NCBI GenBank assembly: GCA_900617105.1
Contig: UYFQ01000543.1
Span: forward strand, 1-64,000
Length of the DNA: 64,000 nucleotides
Source: Hydrurus foetidus
Lineage: Eukaryota
Reading direction: 5' to 3'
A model generated the notes under the pieces. That model was given only the letters and a program-made list of their open reading frames with translations, searched no databases and was not told where the DNA came from. Position numbers and translations under genes: made by a program. This document shows, in pieces, positions 23,100-36,021 of the stretch; position 1 is the stretch's first letter, and each line of letters opens with the position of its first letter.

Positions 23100-24083
23100 A
23101 TGAGATCACTGATTGATGTCGCACGATTCGTGATGCTGATTCAATCTATCACTGTGGCACAGCAGGCAGTCAATCTGCTTCCTGACTGTACGAGTAGCCA
23201 GTCGACTCCTGTCTGTGCAGCGGGTGGTGATGTTGTGCAGGCTCTGTCAGCGAACCCTGTGACCAGTCCCTTGGGGATCATGGGATGGGCTTTCATGGCG
23301 ACAGCTGCGGCACCGACGGTTAACTGGAGATTCTACTCAAATCCAAGTTTACCGACTAGCCCTATTGCAACACCGTTCTGCTCAGCTGGTACTGGCGTCA
23401 CTTTCGCTGAATTAGGAACATCAAATGCTGTTGACAGCGGTAGTATTTGGTTTGTGGTGTATCTTGCTCAAGCGTCAAATGCTTTACAACCTATTCTAAG
23501 AATTTCATCTCCACTTGGCTGCACCTATGATTACGCTGCACCTGCTGCCATCACAGGAGGACCAGTTTATTTCTACACCAATATTGACGATAATTCGCTA
23601 CCTGAAATTGTACTTCGAATTCAGCTAGCTGCGCCTGTTAGATCTGCAATCTGCACCGCGATTCCTGTAGATGGAGCTCTGACAGTTTCGCGCCTATCAA
23701 TAAGGAACGCTGCAGTCACAACCGCATTGCCTCTTCCCGCTAATTTTATATTGAGACGTGCAGGGTTTGTGTCAGGCCCATCAGCGAGTCAACTGAATTG
23801 CGCTGCATCTTATGACTTCGTTATTCCTGCCCCTGCTATTGTGGGCATGGGAAAAGGGAAGGGGGTTCCAGCAGGGGGAGGAGTCCCTAGGATAGTGCAG
23901 ATCCCATTCGGTCCAGGGTTCGGTCAGGGTTTCGTCCCGTCACCAAAGGGAGGGTTCGGTCCAGTTTTTGGACTGGGGTACGGGAAAGGGTTCGGAAAGG
24001 GTTCCCCTAAAGATTTTGGAGGACCGAAAGGCAAAGCAAAGGCATTGTCAGTAATGGTAGATGAGGTACACGAGGAGGAGTAA
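23100..24083 (+). CDS. Hypothetical secreted protein with Cys-containing core and Gly/Lys/Phe/Pro-rich tail
   Basis: Single ORF with a signal-like N-terminus and a GMGKGKG...GFGKG tail. No family recognised. Confidence 0.65.
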   Translation: MRSLIDVARFVMLIQSITVAQQAVNLLPDCTSSQSTPVCAAGGDVVQALSANPVTSPLGIMGWAFMATAAAPTVNWRFYSNPSLPTSPIATPFCSAGTGVTFAELGTSNAVDSGSIWFVVYLAQASNALQPILRISSPLGCTYDYAAPAAITGGPVYFYTNIDDNSLPEIVLRIQLAAPVRSAICTAIPVDGALTVSRLSIRNAAVTTALPLPANFILRRAGFVSGPSASQLNCAASYDFVIPAPAIVGMGKGKGVPAGGGVPRIVQIPFGPGFGQGFVPSPKGGFGPVFGLGYGKGFGKGSPKDFGGPKGKAKALSVMVDEVHEEE

Positions 24084-25225
24084 CCGGATTTGAGAAGCTT
24101 GTGATGTTCATCACTCTTGCGATGATCCTGTACGATCCGGTTGAATATGGTGTATCATTGTAACGAAAGATATGGGAGATACGACGTACTTGCTATTCAT
24201 TATCATCTACCGCTTTTCTTATCAAGCGATAAGACGAGTATCTCATACGAAATATCTTTTGCCTTCTATTTCGTTAGGGTCTAGCAATAACTTAAGGCTG
24301 TACTAATTTCGAAGAGTTGATATTTCAAATGCTTCAGTTGAAAGTTACATACAAATTTATGCCGAAAAAAATAGAAATATAGCATTGAAAAGTGCACTAC
24401 ATTTCATAGTTGAAGCAGGGGAAGAAATAAGTCAACTGTTAGAATCTCGTAAGTACTCCAGCACGGACACTCATGAAACCAAATCAGTGAAAAACGGTTA
24501 ATACCAAATTTCTTATACGTCTATTACGGTAAAGTTGTTCTGATGTCTGTCATAGTACGGGTAACTTTGACTGCCAATATAGGCCTAATTTGTGATCAAA
24601 AAGTCGTATCTTGCCGTTAATATGATGGCAACTGTACATTGTAGATCGTATATAAATAGAAGGTAGGAAGATGGAGCGTATTAGAAGGATCTTGTGTGTC
24701 TGTAACAGCTGCGTGCTGAAAGCAGTAGAATTGAATTCACTGAAACAGGGCAGTACGTAATAGAATAGAATCAAACCAATCAAAACACACACACTCTCCT
24801 CTCTATATATTATTACATTAAACGACAAATATTATGAAACTAACTTTTATTGTACTGCATGTTTTGGACCCCGAAACATTAATCATTTATTGTTGTATTG
24901 TGTCCCTTTACTCGACAACAAGAATCATCCTCATTGATCTATCGTAACATCGTATTGTATTCTCCAGTACTCCGACTGATTCTGTTTAACTGTCATACAT
25001 TTATGTAACTGCATCTAATTCTAGTTTCGGACATCTAATTTAAGGCAGAGGCAGCATACCATTGGTGCAAACGTAGTTGCTGTCTCGGTATTATGAAAGT
25101 AACATTTAAGTTTTACTTTGCTCTTGGTTTATGTTGCTCATATTATACGCGTCCCCTACTTTACTTCACCATTATATAATTTTCACAGTTTGTTTTTAAT
25201 TTTATTCTTACATCAACTCTCTTCG

Positions 25226-28200
25226 TTATAAAGTGCAAACATCGTTATGATTGAACATTGTATCCCTATGTCTCTCTTTCATTAGCTCTTTAAACTTTGT
25301 GTAGTCGAACGGTTTCGTCAGTACCGCGTTTACCCCACACCCCACAAAGTAATCGACGTCACTGTCAAGCACATTTCCTGTCACACCAAATATGGGACCA
25401 TAGTACCCTAAATTCCGTATGGATTGAGTGGCTGCTGGACCGTCCATATTGGGCATCACGAAGTCCATCAATATCACCAAATATTCTCTGTTAAGGTTTG
25501 AAGTGTCAGCTAGTCTGTCTTTGACTTTTTGCACAGCAATTAATCCGTCACTGGCTTCATCGCATATGTGCCCTGACGTGTTTAATAGTCTGCATAATAG
25601 TCGTCTGTTTAGACTGGAGTCATCCACCACTAAGATGTCACATACCCCAGGGCTGGGGAGCTTTTTTGAAATATCGATTTCCATTTGAGGCTGCGGAAAG
25701 CTTTTTGATCTATTCGGTAAATTAAATCTTTTGTGATAGCTGTTCTTAGGAGAGTAGGACTGCGAGCGATTAATTTCACGATTGAATCTGACACTGCCGA
25801 TACCACTGCCAATACCGCTGCCTTTATCTGTATCTTCGTCCGTCTTAAACTCGTTAGAGCTCAGAGGCTGAGATGAGTTCGTGCGGTCAGAATGAATATG
25901 ATATTCTCCAAGTGTAACACTTCTAATGTCGTGGTCGTTATCATCACCCGGTGCTCGGTTCGTCTCAGGACCTTGAGAAGGAGTGAGAGTGGGGATGTCG
26001 AAGGGGAGAGAACGAGAGGAGTTAGAGACAAAGGGGAGCGCACTTTTTCTGTGCATGTCGATCTCCACGGTGAATGAGCTGCCTTTACCCACACCATCCG
26101 AGTGCACACTGATGGACCCTCCGTGCATCTTGACGATACTGCTGGTGATCCACAGACCGAGTCCGCTGCCTCCACCTGCCTGCAATACCTCAGGGTTGAA
26201 CTGCACTATCTCCTTGAACAATCTGTCTAAATTGCTCTTAGCCATGCCTACACCGGTGTCGCTCACGGTAACTCGCAATTTTCCGTGAATTTCGGCTATT
26301 TCATCAGTGGGTCCTGTTCGTTCTATAGGTATTGTATCTTGTGAAAGATGTTTCAAAAGTTTTCTGTAAAGTTTACCGCGTGTTATTTCCCCACTGTTTC
26401 CAGTACTCTTCGTGCTCATGTTCGCTATACTGCTTTCATTCCAGGGCCCTCCCCTGTTGTCACAAGGATTACTGGTACTAGGATTCGCATCACACGTGTC
26501 ATGCAGGCGTGCAGCCGGTATAGTGGCCATTTCAATATCATCCATCGCATTTTGATCATCGATTGTTGCATGAATTTTCGTGTTTTTCTTTTTGTATTCC
26601 TTCCGAAAAAAGAACATTCCAAAAAGTTGAAGAAAAAAATTTGGGATCCAAGAAGGTCCAGAATGTTCCACACCAGAACCGGATAGTGCATCACCAGTAA
26701 TAATAGCTGCATCTGAAGAATCCCCGGAATGTTCTTTATTAGGAATGAATGACGCACATATAGTTACACATCCTCCTCTAGGGGTGAACTTGAGAGCGTT
26801 GGATATAAGGTTCCGAAGTACTTGGTCCATTTTGAACTTATCTATGTGCACTGTGTCAGAGCTCCTCAGTAGACCATTAGTATCCTGTCTATTCAATCGG
26901 TTATGCTCTTCTCGTTGTTCTCGCGACTGGTTGTTGTTGTTGTTGCTGTTGATGGGAGAGGACGGTAGCTGTTCTGTAAGATTGATGATGGTGATATCTC
27001 CTTCTCTAGCCTGAGATGAAAACATATTCGCACAGTCAGCTATAAACGGCACAACTTCAACATCCAGTTTGTGTAATTCCATAGTGCCGCTCTCCAGCTT
27101 GTCGAAGCAAAGAAGATCATTTAACATCTCAACAGCAGTTTTGCATGCAGATTGCACTCCTAGTAAAATGTCGAATAGTTCGTCGTTTTTATTCTCGGAG
27201 TTGTTTAGTTCGTCACACACCAGTTTAAGTCCTGCATTAAATCATGTTATTCATGTAAGTTGAAATAAGTTTGGTTTAGATTAACGATGTCTGGAAGAAA
27301 TGAAAATTAACGGACAGAATAAAATTCTTGTTTTGTTGGCGATCTGACTTGATCTGATGCACCACCGCACAGTGAGTGACACAACATACACACAGACACA
27401 TACTCTCTTGAATATTTTTTACTATGAGAAGGTGTGTGTGCGTGTGTGTGTGTATGTATGTATGTGTGTGTGCATTTGTTTGTTTAATATTTGCGATGTG
27501 TGTATGGTCCAGCATCAGATCAGCAAAAATGGTTCACTAATACCATTTTGCTCTCAATTTCAAACATCAGACGCTCCAAATCATTTTACCAAATAAGAGA
27601 ACAATACAAATAAAAAGTGATAAGGGTTAAAATCGTAGAAATCACTTACCTAGGAAAGCGGAATTCAAAGGCGTCCTCAGTTCGTGCGAGATGTAACGCA
27701 CGTACATTTTCTTCGATTCTATCAGCTGGTACTATTTTGAAACGATAATTAGTATAGGGGCAAATTTCAGGAGATTTGACAGTAGTGAATTATTTCAATC
27801 AGCGAGAAGATATTGTGGTGGTGCATTAAGATCGAGTGTTACGTCGTTGTGCAGTGCCATGAGGTGTTACATACGTGACGAGAAGACTTACCAATCCATC
27901 TACTACTTGTTGGCGCATCATTCGTATCGATGTGTGATTAATAATGAGAAGAAAGAAGATGAAGGAGAGATTATGAAAGAATAGAGCGTTAGTATTGAAT
28001 GTCGATATTCCCGGGTAAAGTATCGCGATAAGAGCGAGCAGTAAGCACGCTGCCAGGCTCGTGCTGATGTACATGAATGGAAATATCAGTTGTCCTACAT
28101 CGCAATTTAAATCGCCAGTCCCCTGAAAAGATTCGCATTCCTTTGCTTCACTTGTATGAAACAGCGTCCTCATTAATAACAGCTTCGGGAAGACTTTTCT

Positions 28201-28869
28201 CAACCATCTTGCACTGCAGCCAAAGAACAGTAAAGTAGCCGTCAAAACAAGACTATACGAAGCGTAACGAATTCTGTCCCCCAGTGTTTCGCTCGTTTGA
28301 GCTGTTTGGTTGTCAGTGAAGGCGCTGCCTACTGTTCCCATGGTTAAGAGTAAGAGGAACAAATAGGTTAAACTCTCGGTCCAGTATCTTTTATCGTATC
28401 GACAGAAAGAGACCGCCACTGCCCCCCCGACCATCATGAGCTGGCACTTCGAGCAGCATAAATAGATATAAGCCCAACTCTCGGTTTCTCTCGGTAAGAG
28501 GGCGATTATCGGCGCGATGGCTGTGCCGCATACAAATACAAATCTTTCAGGAGAATTCAACAAAGCGTTCCGACAATTGTATTTTATTCTATCCGCTCTT
28601 TCAGTACAGCTGACGAAAACATCAGTGAGAATTTCCATAATAAGAGGAAGAATAAGCGCTACAGCTGCAACAGCGGAGTCTCTCACGGGGCCTGACGATA
28701 GCGCGGGCCTCAGTTTTGTATCTTCTAACTGGGATTCGGGAAAGAAGTATAGAGGCAGTAAACAACTCAAGCCACCTATAATACATATCATGATATGTAT
28801 GCTGTTTGACGAAAGTACCACAGGATACTTTATGGATGAATTGGTGCCGTTGTAGTAGGGCTTGCTCAT
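25226..28869 (-). CDS. Membrane-anchored hybrid histidine kinase (multi-TM, HisKA, HATPase, receiver); exons 28869-27892, 27731-27650, 27231-25226
   Basis: H-box YISHELRTPL in the micro-exon, N box RNLISNALKFT, G1 SDTGVG, G2 GGSGLGL, and receiver VVDDS...MDFVMP...GVTG...KP. Exon 1 has about seven hydrophobic segments. Confidence 0.95.
27431..27472. repeat. (TG)n/(TATG)n microsatellite in kinase intron 2
   Basis: Direct reading of the sequence. Confidence 0.9.
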
Positions 28870-31027
28870 GATTACAGGACACTGCTTCACTGAGCAATTG
28901 TTAATTATCACGACCCAAACAATGCTGCAGAGTGATTATCACGACCCAAAGAGCATTACCAAAGACGCAATTCCAAGGTCTACTGTCTCGCACTTTCGCC
29001 AAATTTCAGATGGGGTGTATCGTTGCATCGTAATTTTCATAACAGTCCGATTACTCCAGAAGTGATTAGATAACATCATTGAACTTCTGCCGTCGTGCTT
29101 GAAATTTGGCATCCTGCATCGATGGTGGCGACACACCGCAGACTGCAGGGTCCGAGGAACCTGAGATATTTCAATGCTCAATAATCACTGTACAACTTCA
29201 CGAGGATGATATTATAACTTGATGCCTTATTCTTTTGCGTCGCATGATGACATCATGGTCATAACGTCATAACTCAGAACTCACACGAAAATTCCAAATT
29301 TGATCGAATCCACGAATCGAATCTTTGCCGAAATTTTGTGGTAGATTCTTTCCGGGCAAATATATGGGCATACTAAAATCTGGAAAAAAATACTCTAACA
29401 GAGATCCTGTACTAAAATCTTGAAAAATTTACCAAAACACAGCCCAAGTGCAGGTCAGATGTAATGGCCGTGGCGACGTCCAATGCGGCTTCGACTCATC
29501 CGCATCTTATGCGTGGTTATCGTTTGAGTCTTGTATAAGAAATGGACAGGCGAGCAGGTTTGAAACGCGTTGCATAGTTTCAGAAAATCCTGATATTGAG
29601 AAGTCGGTGTAATGGATGTTACACGTAGAATAATATATGATAGAGTGATATGATAATTGTAAACAGTCAAATCTATTCTTATATTTCTTGCTTCTTGCCA
29701 GACATTATTTCGGAGTATTCTGCCTCTATCGTATAAACTCTAAATCATAAGAATGAAAAACATTTCGTTTAATCATCATCATCAATCGTAATGATTAATT
29801 ATCAGTTGTAGTGGCTATTAAGGCGGCCTCATTGACAATCAAAAGCAAAATTATAAACACCAATCATTACAGTTGATTTCGTTTATGGTTTTTGCCAATT
29901 TTCCTGGTACTTTCAATCGGCAATTAATCTTGCCTCACAATTCGGTCTCGAGTCTGGAGGCAACACTCTTCTTTTTGTGGCTGATGAAAGAGACCGTATA
30001 GTGAATAGAAATCGTCACTGCGACATCTATATGTCCGCTCTTCTAACACTTCTGAGGATTATGTTTCATAGGGTGCGTAACAGTAGTCTGGATGATCTGC
30101 AACAGATCCCAAACATTTCAATTTAAATTACAATGTGCACACTCTCGAAACATTTTATTCGTGATTTTATTCTAATACAGTGCAGTGTTCAAGCTGCGAA
30201 ATACAGTGCGATGACGCTTCAGTTATTTGTTCGATTTTTTTTAATATTGCTTAGAAATTATATGCAGTACTGTGGCCGTGGCGCGCTGAGCAAAGTTGCT
30301 GTTACTAGTCAAACTAGTCGTGTCTTGTCCACCGTCACATTGAAAATGAGAGCCGCTATTGTGACCAATCATGGCGAGGAATTGCCGTCAAGGAGGTCTT
30401 CATGTCTGTCCCAATGTCTGGCGATGTACTCGTGCGTGTTCTGAGGTCATGCTGCTGTCTCACAGACGTTCACGCCATTGGCGGCAACTGCCCAGTCAGG
30501 AGTACACTGCCTCTTTGTCCTGACTGAGAGGGTGCTGGTGCTGTCGTACCAGTTGTAGGAAACGTTCTTAGTCCGAGAGTGGGGAGGAGGAGTTTGTGTT
30601 GTGTGGAAGTACTCTGCTTGTGGTTGCTGTGAGTTGTGAATCGCTGACTGGGAAGCACTCTGTAAGAAGCGACGAAACACTGGATGCTCCGTGGAGGATA
30701 ATCATCAAGGAGTCAGAATTAGCCAACCAATGCCAACATCGTACTGATGTCGATGACACGTAATCTCTTCAATATGTACAGTGCACTGGGTGTGTATGCC
30801 ATCGCAACGGCATCCCACTCTATTCCACTGCCCGACTCTCAGGTACGAATAAGTAGAACGGAAAGCATACTAAAATTTGGCCTCAAACAAATAAATACTT
30901 GCTTTAAAAAGTTCCGATCGAAGTTACCGCTATTCTGATAGTTCACATGTGTTGTGTGGGTATTGCGCATGATCACATCCCAGACAAGTACCCTGGATGC
31001 CATCCAAGCTGTGCTGTTTTAATCTCA

Positions 31028-34000
31028 TTACATGTCGGCATCGAAATTGATGGAATCGCGCTGCGAGTCGAGATCAACGGTCATGGCGAGGCTCTCCCTC
31101 GCTACCCTCTCGTTCAGTCTGCGCTGCTGCAGTTGCTGAGCCTCTGCCTCTCTGCGCCGTATGGCCTCGAGTTCGAGCCTCTCTCTTTCTTGCTGTTTGT
31201 GCTGCGCTTGCTGGCTCATCTCAGCCAATCGTTCTGCTTCACGGCGAGCAGTCTGTTGAAGATGGGGGAGAGGGGAAGAGGGACTCTAGTTTTGAAGGAA
31301 GTCTATTTCACATGAGGACCCGAGATGTAAGCATGGAGGATGCGGACAATGCCATACAAACAGACTGCAGTACAGTAGTCACAGCACTCACATCAGCTTT
31401 TCTGTCGATCTCTCTCTGCTTGTCCGCTTCTATCTCACTCGCAGCGGAAGTCCACAAGTCATCTATCGCGTCTCTGCCCTCACCGCTGCTGGACCCAGAA
31501 CCCATTCCAGACCCTGTACGTGCTGAGGACGCCACGTCACCACTTGTTGTGCTGGGAAGAGGAGCGCTGCCAATTTTCTTCCAGGCGTCAGCATTGATCA
31601 CTTTTATGTCGTCACCATCACCTGTGTCGTGAGGTAATTGCAGTGTGGTGAGGGAGATATAGACAGTCAAATCAGGGGCGATTGCATGGATGGTGACATC
31701 TACAGCAGATAGCATTCTTAAGATTTGCGTGAAGGGAAGGAATCGACGGTAAGTACCTTCTATAGCCTGCCACTGACCAGAGCGTTTTGAGTAATTATGA
31801 GTCATAGAATTATTCACGGCAAGTACGTCACTGAACCCTTCGCTGAGAACGCTGTCACTACGCCTCCTCGAATTGCCCTGATGTTGCGCCTGTGATCGAT
31901 GTGAGGGTGGGAATGAATCATTCAGCGTGGTATTGCATGATTCACCATACAATAGGGTTATGTTTCGTATGATATTTTATAAGTACCCCGACTTGATGAT
32001 ACGTCTGAATAACAGATATGAAAAGAACTGTAAAAGGTTAGTAAACCCAGAGCTAAAAAAGTGCAATGCGAGCCAGCATTAGGGTATCAACGAATTGTTT
32101 CGGATTAATTTAGTTGTGAATTCTATTTCAAAAGTTCTCTGTCGGATGTTACACATACACATATACAAGGGTCACTCCGAACACATATTTCAGTTTCGAA
32201 CACTTACGACAAGGAAGAAATGAATAGGATTTCTTGTAAAATGTAACGTGGAGTATCCATCAAATTGCACATTTGGTGGTGGCGGAGGCCAAACATGTAA
32301 GAGTGTGGAAGGGTTGATCCAGAAGAAGGATGGGAACGGACTGGCCAGTAGATGTAGTTGACGTCCGTAACCTGACTGAACTGATCTGGATGGAACAAGT
32401 TTATCTCATCGTTGGGTATGATGTGATATGCTGTGCTATTGTGTGCTACGCTATCGCTATTGTGCATCTAGAAGAAGAAGGACGTGTCTTCATTTGAATC
32501 ATCGACATCGACATCCACATCATGTTCTTCTGCTACCTGCCCCACATCCTCACTGCGCTGCCTCAGTCCGGAGTGAGAAGCGCTGTGTATTGAAGAGGTA
32601 GAGGGCTCGTCCTCGTTGTCTGAAATGATGTCGTGAAGTTGAAATGAGAGGGAGTGTGGCGGTGGTGAAGATAACGCGTGATTTACTCAGGGTATGTGTG
32701 TCATGTCAATAAAGATGATCTGTCAACAAGTGAGGGATATGTCTGTAGGAGATGTAGAGCGTGAAGTACCTGATGCGTCACTTGTTCCGTTTTCTGCTGC
32801 TTGTGCGCGGAGGTCATCGAAGCTCTCGTTGCTGAAAAAGAGATCGTCCTCTTCGATGGAGTCTCCGAGAGGGTCGGACATGATTCCGGAGTCCCTCCCA
32901 TTTCGACCCTCATTGTCAGCTGGAGTCTTCGAGACGTGCTCCTCTGCCCCGTAGTTATGAAGGGCAGAGCTAGAGGTGCTTCCCGACAGTTTCTTAGGAG
33001 CAGTCCCTGGAGGTCTGCCAAGAGTTGATGCGCCTTTCTCCTTGCGAGGTTTCTTCGAGTTAAGGGCACTTTCTTTAGAAGCTACGGTAGGCTTCTTCTT
33101 CGCGTTATGCTCCTGTGATAGTGACAAGTTGTATGAGGGTCAGTGTGTTAGTGTGAGAAACATGTGTCGCACGCTACAGCAATGGTACGCTGCCTTGACT
33201 GACCTCGACAAAGGACTGCAGTTTGCGCAGTGTGTAGGTGTCCAGCTCGTCAAGAGGTACTTCAATTTCATCACCCTCTCCTCTCTTGTCCGGTGATATC
33301 GCATCTTGGATTATATCCACTACCTGCTGCATTTTACTAGCAGGCAGCTGATGTATCTTCGAAATCAGAGACTTCTTCTCTTGGAATGTAAGGGGGTTCT
33401 GAGCCGCGTCGCTGAGAAAACAAATATGGGAGATGTGCGTCAGAATTCTGAAAGTGAACGGCAGTAAGAGAGAAGAACTAGAGTAGAGAGGTGCTCGCTC
33501 ACCGTTGTACGTCCAGGTCGTGTTTGACCTCGGATTGCATCACTTTCGTCCTCAGCATCTTCAGTTCAGACGCCATCGACTCCATTTGCCTCTGCATCGC
33601 CAAGATAATCTGAGCTGACCCATCAACGGCAACTGGAAAGAAAGACTGTAGCAGGAGAGATAATGTTAGAGTGGCATTCATATGCAATGACACAACGATG
33701 TGTGAAGAGAGAAGAGATTTCCTGACCTCTACGGGGCGGGGACCAGGGACACCCATAGATCGCTGTCTCGCGGCAGATGACGCACCATGGTTCTTCGACT
33801 TCGAGCTCCCTCCGATACTAGACTTCCTGCCACCACCGCTTCCTACGAGATGGGTGGGAGTAGGTACAGCATGTGAGTAAGGTGTAGGGAAGGATTCGCC
33901 GTGCTGAAGGAGGAGCGGATGACAGTACATGGCAGATGTAAGAAAGGAGTCGTACCTGCCGGTCGACCGACTCTGTTCTCAGACACTTCTTCTGCAGCTG

Positions 34001-35192
34001 CATAGGAGCCACTACTTAGTTGAGTTAGCATCATGCGATATTTTTCTTCAAACCGTCCTGCCATTTCTCGTGCTGCTATGTGCACGGGGTTATCCCGCAA
34101 TTGATTATAAGTTATGGCATTCCTGAAAGTCAGACGAATGTGATCAGCTAGAGCCTCTGGACTATCATAAACGCCCTTGTCCAAATTCATACGCACGGTT
34201 CCGAAGTCCATTGGTTGCTTTATCAAAGTGGGGTAGTCGGGGACATTCATTTTAATGGGGTCCACTGGCTCGGAGAACCAAATAGCCTGTGGCATCTTCA
34301 TTAGTTCTTTCAATAGATCGCTGCACTTCTGCATCTGAGGAGGTGGTCGTTGAGCCCGACCGCTTTCACTCTTAACAACAGGCACTGCTACTGCAGATGA
34401 TTTAAATGGTAATGAAGGTTTTATTGAAATCGTGTTGGGTGGCTTTGACTGCGCTTTCTGTGTGTTTTCTTCAGGATCCTTTATGATTGACGATGGCTTC
34501 CGCGCTCTCCCAGCGCCTTCTCTATTGCCTGATGCTGATCCGGCGCCATCTAAATTTATACCATCGCCATTATTTGAAATGCCCAACGATGTTGCCAATT
34601 TCTTTTTGAGCGGCTTTGCATTTTGAGAACTGCTGTCAACATCGATTACACCGCCCAGTGCGATGCCGGCAGGTCTTTTCCTAGGTGAGGCCAATATCTT
34701 GTATTGGTACTCCCTATATATTTGCATCATGAAATCTGTCCCAAGAATGCCTCTCAAAGAAAATTTCCCGAATTTGTTCGTGCCGTTTCCTTCTACCTTG
34801 TGCGTGCCATCACCCATGGATAAGAACTTTATGAACATGTCCCTGTCTTCAATTTTGACACTCCCTCTGATCGGAGGTGGCTGTTTCAATGTAAACCACC
34901 CTTGATATTTTCCGCTGAAAGGAAAGTTCAATGAATCCGGAGCCGGTTTGACTAATTTGAATTCAAAGTCGCTTGTCTGTTCCGGAATATCATGAGCGGC
35001 ATCTGACATTGCCCATACGCCTCTACATAAACTGATAGTGCCGTCCCGAACAAGCTTTCCTCGTAAACTTGGAATGAGTGCAAGCGTCGATACTACGATT
35101 GGAATTTGCGTTATCGCAACTTCGTCGTTTTCGTGATGAGTCTCATCAGCGTTTGATATCACATGATGAATGACTTCGCCGGTTATGTCCAT
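31028..35192 (-). CDS. BET/GTE-type bromodomain + ET-domain protein, multi-exon
   Basis: Bromodomain WFSEPVDP...PDYPTLIKQPMDFGTV...LTFRNAITYN. ET exon (~33414-33204) LTFQEKKSLISKIHQLP...VVDII...EIEVPLDELDTYTLRKLQSFV. C-terminal coiled coil ending ARESLAMTVDLDSQRD. Confidence 0.9.
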
Positions 35193-36021
35193 TTCCGTAT
35201 TGGTTGTCGTCTGAGTTATGTCGGATAGTTGCGAGATATTTAGGACATATCCTTGGATATTCCTGATTGCCTATATTGCCGAGATGTAGAACGTTACCTG
35301 GTCGTTGCCAACATCGGTGTCTTCGGCTGGAACGACCTGCGAGCTACTACTGCTCGCGGCGCCAAACGATGATCTAATCGTTAATGTGTTATCAATGAAA
35401 TGACATCAGTGCCAGGCGCTATTTGATACGCGTGTTGATGGTTATCAAATGTAACTGCTATCATCATCAGCAATTTATCATCGAGGGGATCTCACATCCG
35501 ATTCACACGAGTTGTTTCATCGCTGATGACATTCGAACAGTCGCCGTTGCTGAATGAGTTCATGACATCCATTGTCATCTATGTATACTACGGTTCTAAG
35601 CTATATATCAGTCCGATGCGGAAATTTGAATTTTTAAGTGGGGACCACACAAGCTTTTCTCCCTCCGTTCGAAAAAATATGACAAACGTAAAAAAGTGAT
35701 CGCAAAATATGAAAAAGACATGAAATTTTTCAATTTTCTACGGTTTGATTTCTGATTTTCTCATTCTTGAGTCTTGTGTCCTGCAATTACGTCCTGTGTC
35801 TCTTTAAGATTTCAAAGAACACTCCGCATAGGAAATTGCAGAGAATCATTTCGTTGAAGAAGCACGAAGCACGAAGCACTCATCTACAACACAGCAACCA
35901 GAGGATCCTTCTTTACATCATCATCTTCGCAGACAGTATAAAAACTGTACAGAACTTTGAAAGCTCTTCCCTCTACCATAGATACAAGTCGTTTGAAACC
36001 CACCCTCACCACGCAACCATC

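Noticed and set aside
29000..30950. Short ORFs between the kinase and BET genes
   Set aside because: No recognisable domain or consistent splice model.
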